Positions 1 through 43,942 of a stretch of DNA of 64,000 nucleotides are shown here, piece by piece; within the stretch, counting starts at the first letter, position 1, and each line of letters opens with the position of its first letter. Location of the stretch: NCBI GenBank assembly GCA_030141605.1, contig JAQGDQ010000119.1, positions 62,001-126,000 on the forward strand, given 5' to 3'. Source of the stretch: Tubiluchus corallicola. Its lineage: Eukaryota > Animalia > Priapulida. The position numbers were made by a program, and so were the translations under genes. The notes beneath the pieces were generated by a model that ran no database searches, was not told the DNA's origin, and saw only the letters and a list, made by a program, of their open reading frames with translations.

Positions 1-70
<70 letters not shown>

Positions 71-123
71 AGAGAGAAGACAAACAGACAAAAAGAGAAA
101 GAGAGAGACAGAGAGTGAGAAAG

Positions 124-185
<62 letters not shown>
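1..185. repeat. (GA)n microsatellite
   Basis: Direct inspection. Confidence 0.95.
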
Positions 186-189
<4 letters not shown>

Positions 190-377
190 AAGGTTTATTG
201 TGGCCCCAAGCGGCCTGGTGGTTTTTTACTATTTCGGTAACGTCTCTTATGATGTCAGTTTGTCTAAAAATGGCCGCCTGCTTCTAAACGAACTGTCCCT
301 CAGTTGTCACGCGCTTATTACAAAAACCGGTAAAATGATTTCTGCTCTTTCTGTAAGCCGTTGCAAATAAAAGACAT

Positions 378-536
378 AATGATAATGATAATGATAATGA
401 CAATGACAATGACAATGACAATGACAATGACAATGACAATGACAATGACAATGACAATGACAATGACAATGACAATGACAATGACAATGACAATGACAAT
501 GACAATGACAATGATAATAATAATAATAATAATAAT
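378..536. repeat. (ATGACA)n hexanucleotide microsatellite
   Basis: Direct inspection. Confidence 0.95.
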
Positions 537-1202
537 GTAAACCGTTCACTAGAGCCCAAGGTGACGAAAAACCCTGTATCAACGTATGTTCGCCCTCGCA
601 AGTCTTTTTCCAATTATGCCTGCGCCTGTCCTGAATGGAACCGCCCCTTTATCTTGCGAAATTGCTCTGGTGGCGTAATTTACAAATGTTGCCAAAGTCA
701 CAAGCATGTTGCCATGTTTATGCCAAAAAAGTTTATGGCTTCCGCAATTTTAATAGCGGTGGTTTCATCAGGCAAATGTCTCTGTTTGCGAATTGCGCCT
801 TGAAGAATTTACAATCGCATGAAGCCATTGAGACAGAATGCATTTCATCAAAATAAAGGCTTCATGTCAAAAGCACGTGGAATCGCTCAGAGGCCTGTTT
901 GGTTAAAGGGGGAAGAAAAGGGAATTTTAAAGTGTATTCCAAAAAACTTTCCATGCAATATTCTATTAGCATTAAGAGGGTACTTAGTACATCCACGTCA
1001 TCACGTGAAGCCACTACTGGCAAAAATTTACTTTAACCGACCCTTCTGACCTTGACCTTTCGAAACAAAAATCATTGGATTTACAGTTCGTCACACGACA
1101 TATCCCTGTACCAGGTTCGGTGAATGTTGCTTCATTATTTTGTTTTTATTGTGTAGACAGACGTACAGACAGCTGATGTCGTCCCCCATCGCTACGCTAG
1201 AA

Positions 1203-1316
1203 ATGATGATGAGGTCGATGATGATGTTGATTATGACAATGATGATGATGATGATGATGATAGTGATGACGATGATGATCACGATCATGATGGTGATGAC
1301 GACGACGACGGCGACA

Positions 1317-1359
<43 letters not shown>

Positions 1360-1500
1360 CGATGGTGGAAGTGGTGGTGGTAGTGATGATGATGATGATG
1401 ACAACGATGATTACAACAACTATGATGAGAAAGAGGAAGATGATGGTGATGACGACAATTGTGGAGGCAGTGTCGGTGTTGGTGTTGGTGGTGGTGGCGG
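1203..1500. repeat. (ATG)n degenerate microsatellite
   Basis: Direct inspection. Confidence 0.9.
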
Positions 1501-2089
1501 CAGCGGTATGGTGATAACGATTGTGATGCAGTATAGTATCTGTACTCTTTTCTCTTCCTAACAACTCTTTCAATTGCAGTTTACTGACCCTTCTGACTTT
1601 GTGTGAGTGCATCTTACTAAACTAGCTTTCATCAGTAACACAGCTGCCGTGAAATCTTCATCGATTTCTGCTTAACCTGGACGCACACAGGAGCCGCAAT
1701 GAAATAACAGCTATAATGTGATTGATAATTATTGTGCACACTACAGTTCACGCCATGCCATGTCTACTGTATTAGCCAGCCGCTTCTATGACTTTATAGT
1801 TTAGACCATAGTTCAATAACTCTTGTTGACTTAGAATCCCGGGCAACATTCTTTGTTACAGGCACAGGTATAGTTAGCTGCTTCAGTGAGTGTGATTTTT
1901 AAAACTAATGTTGTTGGAGACATTGATGTTGTTGCAAGAGCTGTTAACTTGGACCAAAGTTTCACTCAATACAATCTAGCATCAGTACTCAGCTGTAGCA
2001 GCAGTAGCAGGAATACTAACTTTGAGTGAAATTCTCGTCAAAGTTAAATTACAAGAAACCACCACCAGCACCACCACCAATAACAGTAG

Positions 2090-2360
2090 CAGCAGCAGCA
2101 GTAACAATAGCAGTAGTAGTGGACCGTTACCATTACCACTAAGACTGCCACCAGCAATAGTAGTAACAGTAGCAGCAGCAGTAACAATAGCAGCAGTACA
2201 GGACCGTTACCTTTACCACTAAGACTGCCACCAGTAACAGTATTAAGAGTAGCAGTAGCAGTAAGAATAGCAGTAGTAGTGGACCGTTACCATTACCACT
2301 AAGACTGCCACCAGCAATAGTAGTAACAGTAGCAGCAGTAACAATAACAGCAGTAGTGGT
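2090..2360. repeat. 80-bp tandem repeat x3 built on CAG/TAG triplets
   Basis: ggaccgttacc at 2121, 2201 and 2281. Confidence 0.85.
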
Positions 2361-2399
2361 AGTACTGTATAGTATATTTAATACCTTTCGTCTACTAGC

Positions 2400-4170
2400 A
2401 ATATTTTTTGTAAAAATTATGATTCTTTTTTGAAACCATAGTATATCAATGTAACGAAACTTTTTCAGTTAGAGTAAGTAATAGTTAGAAGTTTCGTTGT
2501 TTCAACGTTTATCACCATGTCATGTTTGTCAGCGTAAAAAGTGTATGTAGCTCCTAGAGTTTGTAAATTAATCGAAGCTAACAAACACCTATCATCTGCA
2601 AACATCAGGTGATTTGTGTACTTATTTCCACTTTGGCAGCCAAGACCACTTGATGTAAATCTGCGCTCACGTCCGAGCGTATTGATTAAATAAACTAGGC
2701 GACATATTGGCTCCTTGGCGAACCCCATTTCTTAATGATGACCCTAAACATTACAGAACAAAAATTTCCCCACCTTACTAACATGTTTTGTTGCCAATAA
2801 TGAAACGTTAATAAACGAATGACAATGTATGGAAAATGGAATGAAAATGTATGGAATCAGTGCCGATTAGCTTTAAAGTAAAACTGGACCCAATCTTAAA
2901 CTGCAGATCAAAACAATCTACTCTTTAAAAAATTGAAAGGTCCAGCAAACCGAGATGATCGTATAAGTTTTAAAGGACATAAACCTTTTTAGCATGCACT
3001 TAGAACAATTGCAGCGGATCACAAAAATTTAAACAAACTTGAACCCTGGCGTTCATCAACTGAGACCGAAACGTGATAGTTTCTTAAAGCAAAAACTGGG
3101 CCCAGTATTAAACTGTAGCTCAAAACAATCTACTCTTTAAAATATTGAAAGGAAACATACTATTTTTTCAAAATGACTTACGTGTAAGAACTATTACCAC
3201 ACAAACACAATTTCGCGTTCACGCCACTCGTTCTTTGCTATTACATACATTTCGCCATTCTCTAGTTAGACGGGCACTAGCACCTGCATTTCAGAAAGCC
3301 ACTGCACAAAAACCAGGTGCTGTAATTCTCAGTTAAGATATGTTAGTTTGTCACGAACTGCACACGTTCGACAGCTCATGCGTGAGCACAGTGGTAAATT
3401 TAAAATTTGAATTTTTATTATAAAACTTGGCCACTTTTAGTACAACACACTGAATATCTTACAGTAGCGCTATACTTCAATTTCTGCTTTCGTGCAACAC
3501 GCTCGTGTAATGTTTTTGCTTTTGAAAATTATGTTAGTTTGTGAAGTCATCAATAGTTGGGCTCGCTCGCCCTTGATTAACTTTTTAATCTATTATTTAA
3601 TTATCAGAAACGTTTTTGAAGTATTAATTGTGTTAAAACGTTTACTTTTTATCGGACTTGAAAATGAGGTATGATATGAAAAATCATCCTGTCTTCCTTT
3701 AGGAACAGTTTATAATAATTTAATCTATCACAAGCTTTTGGCACATCTAAAAATAAAATGTCAACTGGACTCTCCCGTGGAATATAACAATCAATAACCT
3801 CTTTAATGATGTATCGATGTAACCAAATTGGTTCGGCGTTATCAGAAGTAAATAGCCGTACCTGTTTAACAATAAGATTTCAACAAGTTTGCCTAACACG
3901 GAGGAGACTGCTACCAGGCGGTAATTACGTATGGCTGTGATTTCCTTATTTTTGTCATTCATGATTGGAATATTCACTAAACAATGAGTCACGAAGGACC
4001 TGTGGAAAAGTGCGGTATTCACGGATTTCTTTACTGGTATTCACCGTTTCTAAAATGCTCGGATTTAATGGCGTCATGTCCAGCCTACTTTTACAGTGAC
4101 AGTTTACTAATGACATCTTACACATCGCCTATTGTCGCTATTTATTCTTCTTAGCAGCAAGGTCACAATT
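2400..4170 (-). mobile_element. Degenerate non-LTR retrotransposon (LINE) ORF2 relic, interrupted by a Kolobok-like element
   Basis: RT motifs NYRLVAVSSVLGKLVE..PNQFGY (3747-4022) and NHLMFADDRCLL (2465-2728); many stops. Confidence 0.8.
3088..3698 (+). mobile_element. Kolobok-like non-autonomous element (family A)
   Basis: TTAA|AG...GTCTTCCT|TTAG ends; homologous to 61914-62535, 49712-50189 and 25050-25630; inserted in a LINE relic. Confidence 0.75.
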
Positions 4171-4217
4171 ATTTGCAGAATTCAAAATGCCTTGTAATAT
4201 CCTCGCCCCCCCCCCCG

Positions 4218-4248
<31 letters not shown>

Positions 4249-4459
4249 CAGATTGCTTTCTCCCTGTGTCGCTTATTTTTGGAGGAAGAGGGATCTTCAC
4301 ATTTGTTTCCTTTTTGACACTCTCCCCGAAACGCATAAGAGTTACAGTTCATTAGCTTATAAGCAATTTTGTCTGCCATAATAGAGAGGAAAACACCAAG
4401 AAAGAGATCGACAAAAATAATAAAATCAATTGAAGCAGTCTTTTTAGACTGCACGGGAG

Positions 4460-5970
4460 AGATTTGATTGATTTAATTCTTTATTTCAAACATAAGTTCA
4501 TATTATAATTTACATATATACAACATACAACATCATAAAAACAAAAAACCAATACAAGCAAATCACACACGAACTTAGATAAACACGAAAATTAGAATAA
4601 TAGTATCCACCATTGCTGTCTTACGTGCGAAGTAAATTTAGCATCGCTTACTAAAATTTTCTGCCACATTAAATTATCACTAGAATCAAATCTTTTCATT
4701 AAACTTAATACAAGTTTTCTACGTAATACATCAAATACATCACGCGAATTTCAACACTCATAGATAAACACTAGATAAACACGAAAATTACAATAATAGT
4801 ATCCACCATTGATGTCTTACGTGCGAAGTAAATTTAGCATCGCTTACTAAAATTTTCTGCCACATTAAATTGTCACTAGAATCAAATCTTTTCATTAAAC
4901 TTAATACAAATTTTCTACGTAATACATCAAATTACATCACGTGAATTTCAACACTCATCTCACGAACACTGTAATCATATGCATATCCAAAAAATAATCT
5001 TTTTGACACATGCTGTGCAATTTTGAGTTTTAGGATATTACAATTATTAAAATGTCTCCAAGTAGACATGCAATAGAATGTGTTATAGTAAGTATTAAAT
5101 AGATATCTTTCGACATCAACAGAACAATAGCTGAACTTTCTAACTAGTTGGTTTGTACGACACTAGTATAAAGATCTTTGATTAACAATGTCAATATCAT
5201 CTCGGTTATCATTTAAAATAATATGTCCCAAATATTTTTCATTATCATAGGTACGTAGAACATTATTATCTAGTTTGATGTTACCAAATGTAAAATTTCT
5301 TAAGATGTTTGAATTAAATACAATTTATAGCCTACAATTTATATGCATCTAGTAGTTGCTATAGAGCCGTAATCGTTGTTGCTAACAAACAAACATCGTC
5401 AGCGTACATCAGGTGGTTCATAATCATGTTCGAGACATTGCAACCAAGTTGGGTGGATGAAAGCTTAACACTTAGATGTTTTAAATAAAAATTAAAAAGA
5501 AAAGGTGCATCTTGCCACCTTGGCGTACTCCATTTCCAATATTGAAAGCTGCGGACTGACTCCACCTGACAGACATGCCTTGTTGCGTGTAATAAAATGT
5601 AAGCAAGCGGATTACAATATTAGGGATTAAAGTATTTGTGAGTTTAAGAAGAAGTTTGAAGAAATTAACCCTATCAAATGCCTTTGACGCGTCGATAAAA
5701 ACAATGTGAACAGAGTTATCACGACTAACGTAGTAGTCAATGATCTCCTTTAATGTGTTTGTGCAAATTTCGGTACCATGTTTTTCTACATAACCAAACT
5801 AATTAGGAGTTGTTGGAATATGCTGTTTGTATCTGCTAAATAATAAAATTTCGTATATTTTGCTGGCAGCAGGAACTAGTGCAATTGGCCTATAGGTATT
5901 TGCATCCGTAATATCTTTATTTTTATCCTTCACTAGAGGAATTAATATAGACATCATGCACGAAGAAAAC
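4460..5970 (-). mobile_element. Degenerate LINE 3' portion (RT relic) with ~185-bp internal tandem duplication
   Basis: YRPIAL..ASKIYE, FIDASKAFDRV and NHLMYADDVCLL motifs; AATAAA plus a short tandem tail at the 3' end (~4460-4490); duplication 4576-4761/4772-4959. Confidence 0.85.
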
Positions 5971-6032
5971 CGTGAATCAAACAGCTAAAACCCTGAAGCT
6001 AAATAAAGCTAAAGAACAAGGACAAAAGAACC

Positions 6033-6345
<313 letters not shown>

Positions 6346-8739
6346 AATCCCAATCTCGACAACGCAGCTCAGTAGTCTGGCTCTCAATACTGCATTCTGC
6401 CAGGCAATTTCGCAGTTCCATTACTCTGGCTGAATCTGTGAAAAATGGCGTTCAGCGACATTGAAAAACGATCGTTTCTTGCTTACAAGCAACCTGCTTT
6501 AATAGTTTGTAACACTGCCTAGCCCTGTAAGCTAATATGAAAAGTTACACGAGCGCTTTGATCGATGGTTGGCATTGCATTCAATTTGCCTAGGTGGCGC
6601 ATTATAATAATTACAAAATATTTATTCCAAGTGAATACTTCTAATACTGTTGCAACATACGTTTACGTCCACTTTGACAGAATAATTAAAATGTTGTTAC
6701 AATGTAGGATTGAGTGGGCTATCTATCATGGGAACCATTCACCTTTATCAGACTCCTTAATCTTTACTCTCGATCAATTTACTTCAACTTTGTTTTGAGG
6801 CCAATTCCTACACATGGAGTTTTTGGGACATAATTTAACTTTTTTTTTCTTCCCCTGATTTAGGTTTGCGTACATGACGTCATGTAATGGTGCCGTCGAA
6901 ACGAGAAATGCGGGAAATTTAAAATGAAAACAAACAAAAATTCTTTCGCGAGTACGAAATACGCATAAAATTGCTTTAAAGAAATATAATTTTTAAGGCG
7001 ATTTTTATGAAACTTACTTCGGGCACCCATTTTCGTGGCCTTTAACAGAGATTGCGGACCCACTTATTTCGAGTCCGCAAAAAGTGTTTCCGCTGTTCCG
7101 CTCTGTACAACTGGGTCGGCATCTCCGCTTGGTCCGCCACAAAAAACAATACAAATAAGACTCTGATTTAGCTCGTTTAGGGAGAGGGGTTTATGTACGT
7201 GAAGCCAGTTACTGAGTAGCTTGTTTACTACCAGCTGTTACTACATTGAAATTAGAATTTCAATTGCTTTCTGGGTGGCCTTACATAAGCCTGGCCTAAA
7301 AGTCTCCCCTAAAACGTACATCAGTAAATAACAGGTCAAATTCTCATCTAATAGAAAATCATAAGTATATAATGCGTATTGTATATTCTTCTAACAAATC
7401 TTCTTTTATCATACGTTCATGAATGATTAGTATACATACATATGTGTAATACATGTATGTTTGTTTAGTATACATACATATGCGTAATACATACGTATGA
7501 TTAGTATACAAAAATACGTCTAATACGTACATGTATGGTTAGTATACACGCATACGTGTAATACATTTTATGTATGATTAGATAAGTAAATTGTACAATT
7601 ATTGATGTGATTTTAATTTTACTCAGAAGAAATTTGATTTGAAGTTTGAAATTTACGCATGTTCTTGGCAGTGCATTGAAAAAAATCAGAATTTCAGAAT
7701 TACTTAATATTCCAGCTTCGAAACAATAGTTAACAGGCTGGATCTACAACGTATTATTCAAAAAACCAACTGCATGCTAGCAGATGAACATTCTGATGAA
7801 TGTAATAATATTAATAATAATAATCTTTATTTAAATTCGTTTTTTTTTGTATAAACAAGTAACACAACGTCAAGCAGGTACCATTTTAAAGCTTTGTTAG
7901 TATCCGGCCGCAGTATCGAACTCACAACTTCCCGGACGCGTTGCCACGATACTATATCATCAATTCTAGCTTAGTTGTGTATGGGGTAAGATATAAGCAA
8001 GAACAATGAAATTATAATTTCAATTGCTTTCTGGGTGGCCTTACATAAGCCTGGCCTAAAAATCCGTTATCTTACTGTCTGAAAATCAGTAAGATTCTCT
8101 TTACCTCTTTTTCTTATCATTTTGGGGTGACAGTCAACAGCGTGAGGAAACATATCGACGTCTAGGTCTCCAGGCAACAAACGACATTTACAAATTCCCT
8201 AAACTCTTGCAGAAAAGAGACTCTATGCCGCTCCACTATAAAGCAGCTGCTCGACAGAGATGAAAAATGGCCTGACAGATTTTTATTTACGTAGCAAGTT
8301 AATCAATTGAAATAACTCAGATCATTCAACCCACCAAAGCGCTACATGGAGAACTCAGTTATTTCAAATTTCTGTAAATGATGAGTGAGGCTGCAGTAAT
8401 TAGAGATCTCTGGGTTCTCAAGTAACGTATTAAAATTAAGCTTGACCATCTTGAAACTCCTATACATGTTAGGGGTGAACATTCTCTTCTACCAGAAAGC
8501 GAATTCGATTCGAATAGAATCGAATTTGTGACTTTCGAATTCGAATCGAACCGAACTTCGGTATTTCGAATTCGAACCGCATTCGAAATGAGACTGAAAG
8601 ATTTTCGAACAAGTTTTTGAACCACCAGTAATAATTAGTCTTACAAAGGTCATGCATTTGTTCTGTAGTCAAACCACTAATAATTCAGGCCAACGCTGGC
8701 GAAAAATATTGGCGTTCAGCTGTACCATTTTAGTTGTGC

Positions 8740-9180
8740 ACAGTTTTCCCTCGATACATCGCAGTTCGTTTATCGCGGACTCGCTGTTTTGCGAGTTTTC
8801 AAAAATATTAATGCAAAATATTTATCGCGGTATTTATCGCAGTATCGCGGTATCGCGATAAATCATAAAAAATAGCCATTTACAGTAAATAGTGTATTTA
8901 TTTGGCGAATGAATACACGCCAAAAACGAAATGTAGTAATTACGCCCATGTCAAATTTTTAAAATTACGTATCTAGGTTTAATAGTTTAAAACATTTTTA
9001 TGAACATTTAAGTAAAGCTTTTTAAAAGGTACATGTACAGTATGGGAAAAGTCATTAAGGGAATGGGAAAGGGTTATGTATAAGAGTGTGGGAAGGGTTT
9101 ATAAAGACTTAAAATCATGTATAACTACTAAAATAAGTATAGCGTCCCTACTTCGCGGAAATTCACTTATCGCGGGTGAG
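8740..9180. mobile_element. Tc1/pogo (Tigger-like) MITE fragment
   Basis: CAGTTTTCCCTCGATACATCGC start; long similarity to 23736-24066. Confidence 0.65.
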
Positions 9181-9236
9181 TCTGAAAATGGCCTGCATGT
9201 TGTCCATTTTTTAAATAAAAATCAAGAAATATAACA

Positions 9237-9344
<108 letters not shown>

Positions 9345-9749
9345 TTATCCTTTTCAGGAACAAAAATGGTTATACTGTGTTCATTAGGCTAAATTTTCAC
9401 AACAGTTGTCTTTAGCCTTAAACTTAAACTGTTAGCCCAGTAATAACAGTAATGTTAAAAGCATTTTGTAGCTTATTATTGAAGGCCTAGTGGCCTACAT
9501 CAACTCAACTTTATTTAGCTAACTTACCTTACCGCTTTTTTATTCACAACTTTACCTCCATCTTATAAAGCTCCTTGGTTCCCACGAAGGTGACAAAATG
9601 TCCTACAACGTACCAACCTACGCACGCATCTGACTACTTGACAAAGATTTCTACAGCAAGCACGACAACTACATTGGAACAAGTCCCCAGAGCTCTGTCC
9701 ACATTTAGCTTACGCGTACTAACACACTATAATGTCGTTTAATTGTACA

Positions 9750-10650
9750 AAGGTGTCACGCAGTGCAACGTGTTGAACACGCTGCAAAGCCACCACGGTA
9801 AATTACACTGGGTAAATCCCTGCTACATGAAGCCAGATGAAGAAGACGTTTCGTGCTGCCGCCCCGCAATTTAGCAGACGATGACGCCAGGTCGCATCTG
9901 CGCATGCGCGCAGCGTAGGTGTAACCGGCGGATTTAAACAAACAGTATCACTAAAATTATGGTAGGACCACAGCTCACGCAATTTAAGGAGTGAACCTTA
10001 ATAAAAATTTTACTTGCAAATTTTTAATGAAAATTGATGAAAACAGGGACAGTTGAAAAGGATTAATAGTGGAAATCAAGCGATACCGAAGCAGCTGCTT
10101 TAGTTCAATACTCATTCTGGGTAATTTTATGTGCGGAAATGTTTCTGGCTATAAATCTCGGAAATTAGGAGAGAATATACTAAACATCCAAAATTGGTAA
10201 GATAATAAAAAGACTGTACCATTTCCGTGGCTTAGGCTGCATTCATGCTTGCAATGTGCAATGTGTTATGTATTAAAGCTTTACCAAAATATATAGGAAA
10301 CCGTGCCAAGGTGTACCAGTGCAGTAATTCTTTTCGGGTTTTCATCTAATTTGATTTAGAGACCTGAAAGAGGTTTTAGTTTATCTGCACCAATTTTTAA
10401 ACAAAATAATTTTAGAAAACGGAATGTAAAGTGAATAGTGCCTTCTGAGACACCCTGTACGCATGAAAGTCGCAAGTCGCAGTGATGATCACTGTCGTCC
10501 TGACAAAGAGTTACAACCAAATCTGGCGTAACAACTTCCAGACAGTTTCTGGCCAGTGCATGTCGTGAACGGAGCTCACCAGTTGCAAAACAAGAAAAAC
10601 AGAATTAAATGACGAAACACGGTGCTAGGCCGCGCTAGCATGCACCAAAA
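9750..10650. promoter_or_regulatory. Candidate AUH promoter region, possibly bidirectional
   Basis: Local CpG enrichment; NRF1-like TGCGCATGCGCG at 9899-9910; strong minus-strand donor AAG|GTAAGT at 9528/9527. Confidence 0.4.
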
Positions 10651-39912
<29,262 letters not shown>

Positions 39913-40417
39913 TGTCAGCCGCTTGGACCAAGTTAACTGATTAATGTAACGTGTGATGTAACTTCACCAATCATACTGTGATAAATCACAGAAATTTTTA
40001 TTACATGAATTTGGTAGTTAAAGCGAAGATGTCTTCCCCATACGGGTTTACTGTCAGGTGGTCAGTACTAGTAGAGTGGTGACTGATAATTTGAATCAAC
40101 TGACATGTAAAAAGTGTTTACTGATTGATAGCTTTCTTGGTTGATTGGTTGGTGATTTGGTGACTGATTGACTGACTTATTAATTGATTGATTGATCAAA
40201 TTTTTGCTAGAGCTTTTTCTCTGAGCAATTTATCATGATTTCAAGTCTAGGTAACTCTTGTAATTAAGTGACTGGCGAACGTTGGTTGGTGCACTATGAA
40301 TCTTAAGAAGTTTTGAACTAATGTTAAATCATCGACACGTTATAATGTTATGTAATTATAAATCTTACATATTTTATTTCTGTACTGAAATTATTCCTAT
40401 AATATCCTATTTTTGAT

Positions 40418-40423
40418 AATAAA
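40418..40423 (+). terminator. Candidate AUH polyadenylation signal (AATAAA)
   Basis: AATAAA ~500 nt after the AUH stop, followed by T/GT-rich sequence. Confidence 0.5.
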
Positions 40424-41249
40424 AATATCCATTATTGATCAGTTAGTATAATGTGTTCTATTATAGTGTATTATCATAACGAGGTGAACAACGAGTGGTT
40501 CACGAGTGTCACATGACCAGCCTGGGTTTGATACAGTCGTTTTCAGTTGCCATATTGTTTGTCTCTGTCTGCTAGAATTTATTTACCAATAGGCTAACTT
40601 GGCTGCAGCCTACAGTGCCAGAGTTTGAAGGGCGCCAGATTTTAGGAGCACGGTGTTACAAAATTCTTAATCCCATAATAAAATACGTACCCTTTCATAT
40701 TCATAGGAAGCGCGTTTTTTATAATACACCACAAGCAGTTACTCAGTCCGCTTTTATGTAAATGTCGTATAACGAACTATTAGAATTATAACGTAAAAGG
40801 TACTACACCACAAACAGTTATGCAGCTTGATTAAATGTAAAGTCTATATAAAATATTTATAGAAGTATCAAATATATAAAGTATACAAATATATGTCATT
40901 AGCAGCAATAACCACATACGTATTAGCTAATGGTGCTACTAACACATCACAAGTACTTGTGTTTTTGCACTTCATATATAGACAACCGTAAATTCGTAGT
41001 AGAGATGAGTGGGACAGAACTATCGGCTTAGAACGTCGTAATGTCTTCACACGTCCCTGACCTTCTGTTTCATCGACGGAAAATCTGAATATATTCTAAC
41101 GTAACTAAGATGCACACATGACAGACACGCAAGTTTGACTGAACCAGCTAGAATTGAGTGCATGCCCAACACACGTACTATTAAATACCCCGCGTGGTCT
41201 AGTCAAACTTTTATGGAGATCGTTAGAAAGAAACAAATTATCTAGGCTG

Positions 41250-41790
41250 GCCTATGAGAGCGCATGCGCTTGACAGCTTTTTGACCAAGACACCTAGTGC
41301 GCATGCTCGCGATTTTTCCAACCTTGACATCCTATAGCAAACACATTACGCGCCAATGATTCTGATTTAATTGCAATTCAGCTCGTCTTTCTCAAATTCA
41401 ATTTCTGGCAGAAGAATTTAATAAATCAGCAACACATTCTCGCTGCGCAACTGTGTAATCTTGTCAACTTCTTTCAATGATGGCGTCATTAGCGCATGCG
41501 CCACAGCTCAGTGCGTGGCTGCTAAACGTCAGGTGTATGAAAGAAGCCCAGTTGAAAGCTAGTGACAATTGCAGTGGCACTAGGCGGCAATTTTTGTTAT
41601 TGTAAAACAAGCGAAAATATATGGAAACTGCTTCTGAGCGATAAAAACATGTGATTCGGTGCAGGTAAAACACGTGGCAGCGAAATTGTAAAGGTAGGAG
41701 TTTGCGACGTAGGTTTGTTCTCATCATTCGTGTAGTTTAACTAGTTTTAATGAATTTTCACGTATGGGCCTCATCATTTTACTTTACAAG
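41250..41790 (+). promoter_or_regulatory. Candidate promoter/first exon downstream of AUH
   Basis: Three NRF1-like GCGCATGC motifs (41259, 41298, 41491), CCAAT at ~41353, donor AAG|GTATTA at 41790. Confidence 0.4.
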
Positions 41791-41905
41791 GTATTATTTG
41801 TGTAAATTTTATGCATCTTATTTTATTGCAATCCTTGCACGTTGTGTTGCAACTAAACTTTTAATTTTAGACTCTGAAAGGCTGTGAAAATTGGCGCCAC
41901 TGTAA

Positions 41906-42283
41906 TAAGCCTTTTCACAGACTCGTCGTATGCATGCGCAGTTGCTATAGGTCGGAGGCTAAGTATCCACAACAACGCGTCTTAACTACAACCGTCACGT
42001 GACATATGGGTAAAGCAAAGCTGTCTGTCACATCGGTTCAATAACTTGTTTTACGTGGTCTTTACTTACTTATGCATTAATCAGTGTGGAGAGTGATTAG
42101 CTAGCAGGATCTTGCTTGGAAGCAAGAAAAAATAAACTACATAAGGTTCTAGCTAACTATTAAAACTGTTACTATTACAATAGCATGGCCTGCGAGGCAT
42201 TGTCAAGTGTACACAAATGCGTTGTCTCTTGACCTTAACCTTTGACCTCACGATCATCATCAATCATTGGAACTGTTAAAAGG
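41906..42283. mobile_element. MITE (TAAGCCTTTTCACAGTT family)
   Basis: Left TIR intact, right TIR degenerate; colinear with 39378-39757. Confidence 0.75.
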
Positions 42284-43124
42284 TAAACTGGTAATTACTG
42301 AAAATTATTGTGCGCCGGAAATACCTCACAATTTGTAAAATGTAGGTCATTAAAACGCTTCAAAGATATATGAAAAATAGACAAGTCATCGGCTTACCTG
42401 TAGGGCCTATACGCTGCACAAAAGCTGGTAGGCCTATACTTGGTATATAGGCCCTACCTAGTATATATAGTAGTACATAGGCCTACCTATACATTAATCT
42501 GTAGGCCGGGTTTTATAAAAAGAAAAAACTGTTGTTTCGATCGATTTGCACAAAAAAATAATATAATATGTATGAGGAATGTGGTAGCCTTTACGTTAAG
42601 AACTATTTTGCTTAATTTATTACAAGAAATGATTATTCCTTTACGTTTTAAAACGCACTAATAATCGCAGTGTCTGAGATCTTGACGCCATCTTTGTAAT
42701 TTTTTACGAATAAAGTACAACTTTTTGTCGAAATAGGAATTTAAACTTGAAGCGACTCCTTACAATGGTGTGCAAATTGAGGACGTTGTATCTGCTGATG
42801 GAGTTGGCACTTTGTCACGTGACCTACTCTAGCATCGGTGGAGCCATCTATGCAGTGAGTATAAAAATATTTTTGTTTCTGTTTTCGTGTTCTAATTATG
42901 ACACTATGGGTTATAATATAATTAATTTGTTTTTTTAACCAGTGATTTTTCCATTCATTCATTTTCATTAGTTCATCCACCTATTTATCTATTTTATTCA
43001 TTCATCTGTTTACTCGGCCATTTATCTGTTTATACGTTCTTTCATTCATTCATTTATTCATTCAATTTTTCATTCGTCCAATTGCTGGCTATAAAATTAT
43101 CGCTTCCTCAATTTCTCCCACAAG

Positions 43125-43760
43125 AAAACCTTCTACTTACAAAGAGCTTAAAAAATTCGCCTTGAAATTTTAGCGCTTACGTGCTACCTTTTTGCATGCA
43201 GGGCTTGTGTCGGCAGTAACGTTGTGTAAAACTTGTAAGTTTAATCTCCCGCGATGACCGCTAGGCGCAGCCGTTTTGATGGTAGGTTATTTGAAACAAG
43301 TTTAGATAACACTGAGTAAAGTTTGAAAAAATAATCAGAGCATCTGTAGCATACTTGTTACTAACTCAGTAAAATTTTAAATTACTGTATCTTGTCAGTA
43401 AGATTAAAAATACGTTTTTGGTTAGTTAGTGGTGCGCCAGCGACCAATTGGCACAAATATTTTAAATTATTATTTATAGTTACATAAGTCTATCCAGCAG
43501 GTAAGCGAAATGCTAAGTAATATAGATTTGCAGGGAAAGTTTTTTGGCACATAATTTAACATTGCCTTTTCTTCCCCTGATTTACGTTGTGCGTATATGA
43601 CGTAATGTATCGTCGAAACAGTATCGCAAGACATTTTTAAATTCAACAAACAAAAACTCCTTTCAATGCGAGTACGATATTTGCATAAATTTGCTATAAA
43701 GTAATATAATTTTAAGGCGATTTTTCTAAAACCAACTTCAGATACCTTTTTTTTTGTCCT
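43125..43760. mobile_element. Kolobok-like element (family B), uninterrupted copy
   Basis: Ends TTGTCCT|TTAA; similar to 56831-57425; carries a single CTATAAAG (43694-43701), the empty P-element target site. Confidence 0.7.
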
Positions 43761-43799
43761 TTAAGTAACTTAATACTTGTCTCCAAGGTGACCCGATTA

Positions 43800-43942
43800 T
43801 TGTTACCCGCATGTTACATTGATGCACCCCCGGCTTGGTCGTAGAACCAGCAGTATCATCTTTAAGTCTTAGTTACGACTCAATCGGGAGTTGAACTCGC
43901 GACCTCCAGGGTCGGAAGTGAGCATGGAACCATTGAGCTATT
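43800..43942 (-). mobile_element. tRNA-derived SINE (Meta-SINE-like)
   Basis: On the - strand: A box TAGCTCAATGG and B box GAGTTCAACTCC, followed by an AAGACTTAAAGATGATACTGCTG core; related copy at ~7862-7970 (AAAGCTTTAAAATGGTACCTGCT). Confidence 0.65.

Noticed and set aside
561-1049. Cys-containing ORFs 561..803, 635..856 and 819..1049
   Set aside because: No recognisable domain, stops in the alternative frames, no coherent exon boundaries.
284-1612. ORFs with poly-SL, poly-HC, poly-M/I tracts (likewise 5977-6464, 15707-16049, 29312-29791, 48229-49351, 56017-56392, 58530-58883, 62869-63150)
   Set aside because: Stop-free translations of microsatellites; no coding signal or splice context.
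43860-43942. Possible tRNA gene (A and B boxes, - strand)
   Set aside because: No convincing cloverleaf, and it runs into a SINE core shared with ~7862-7970; treated as a SINE.
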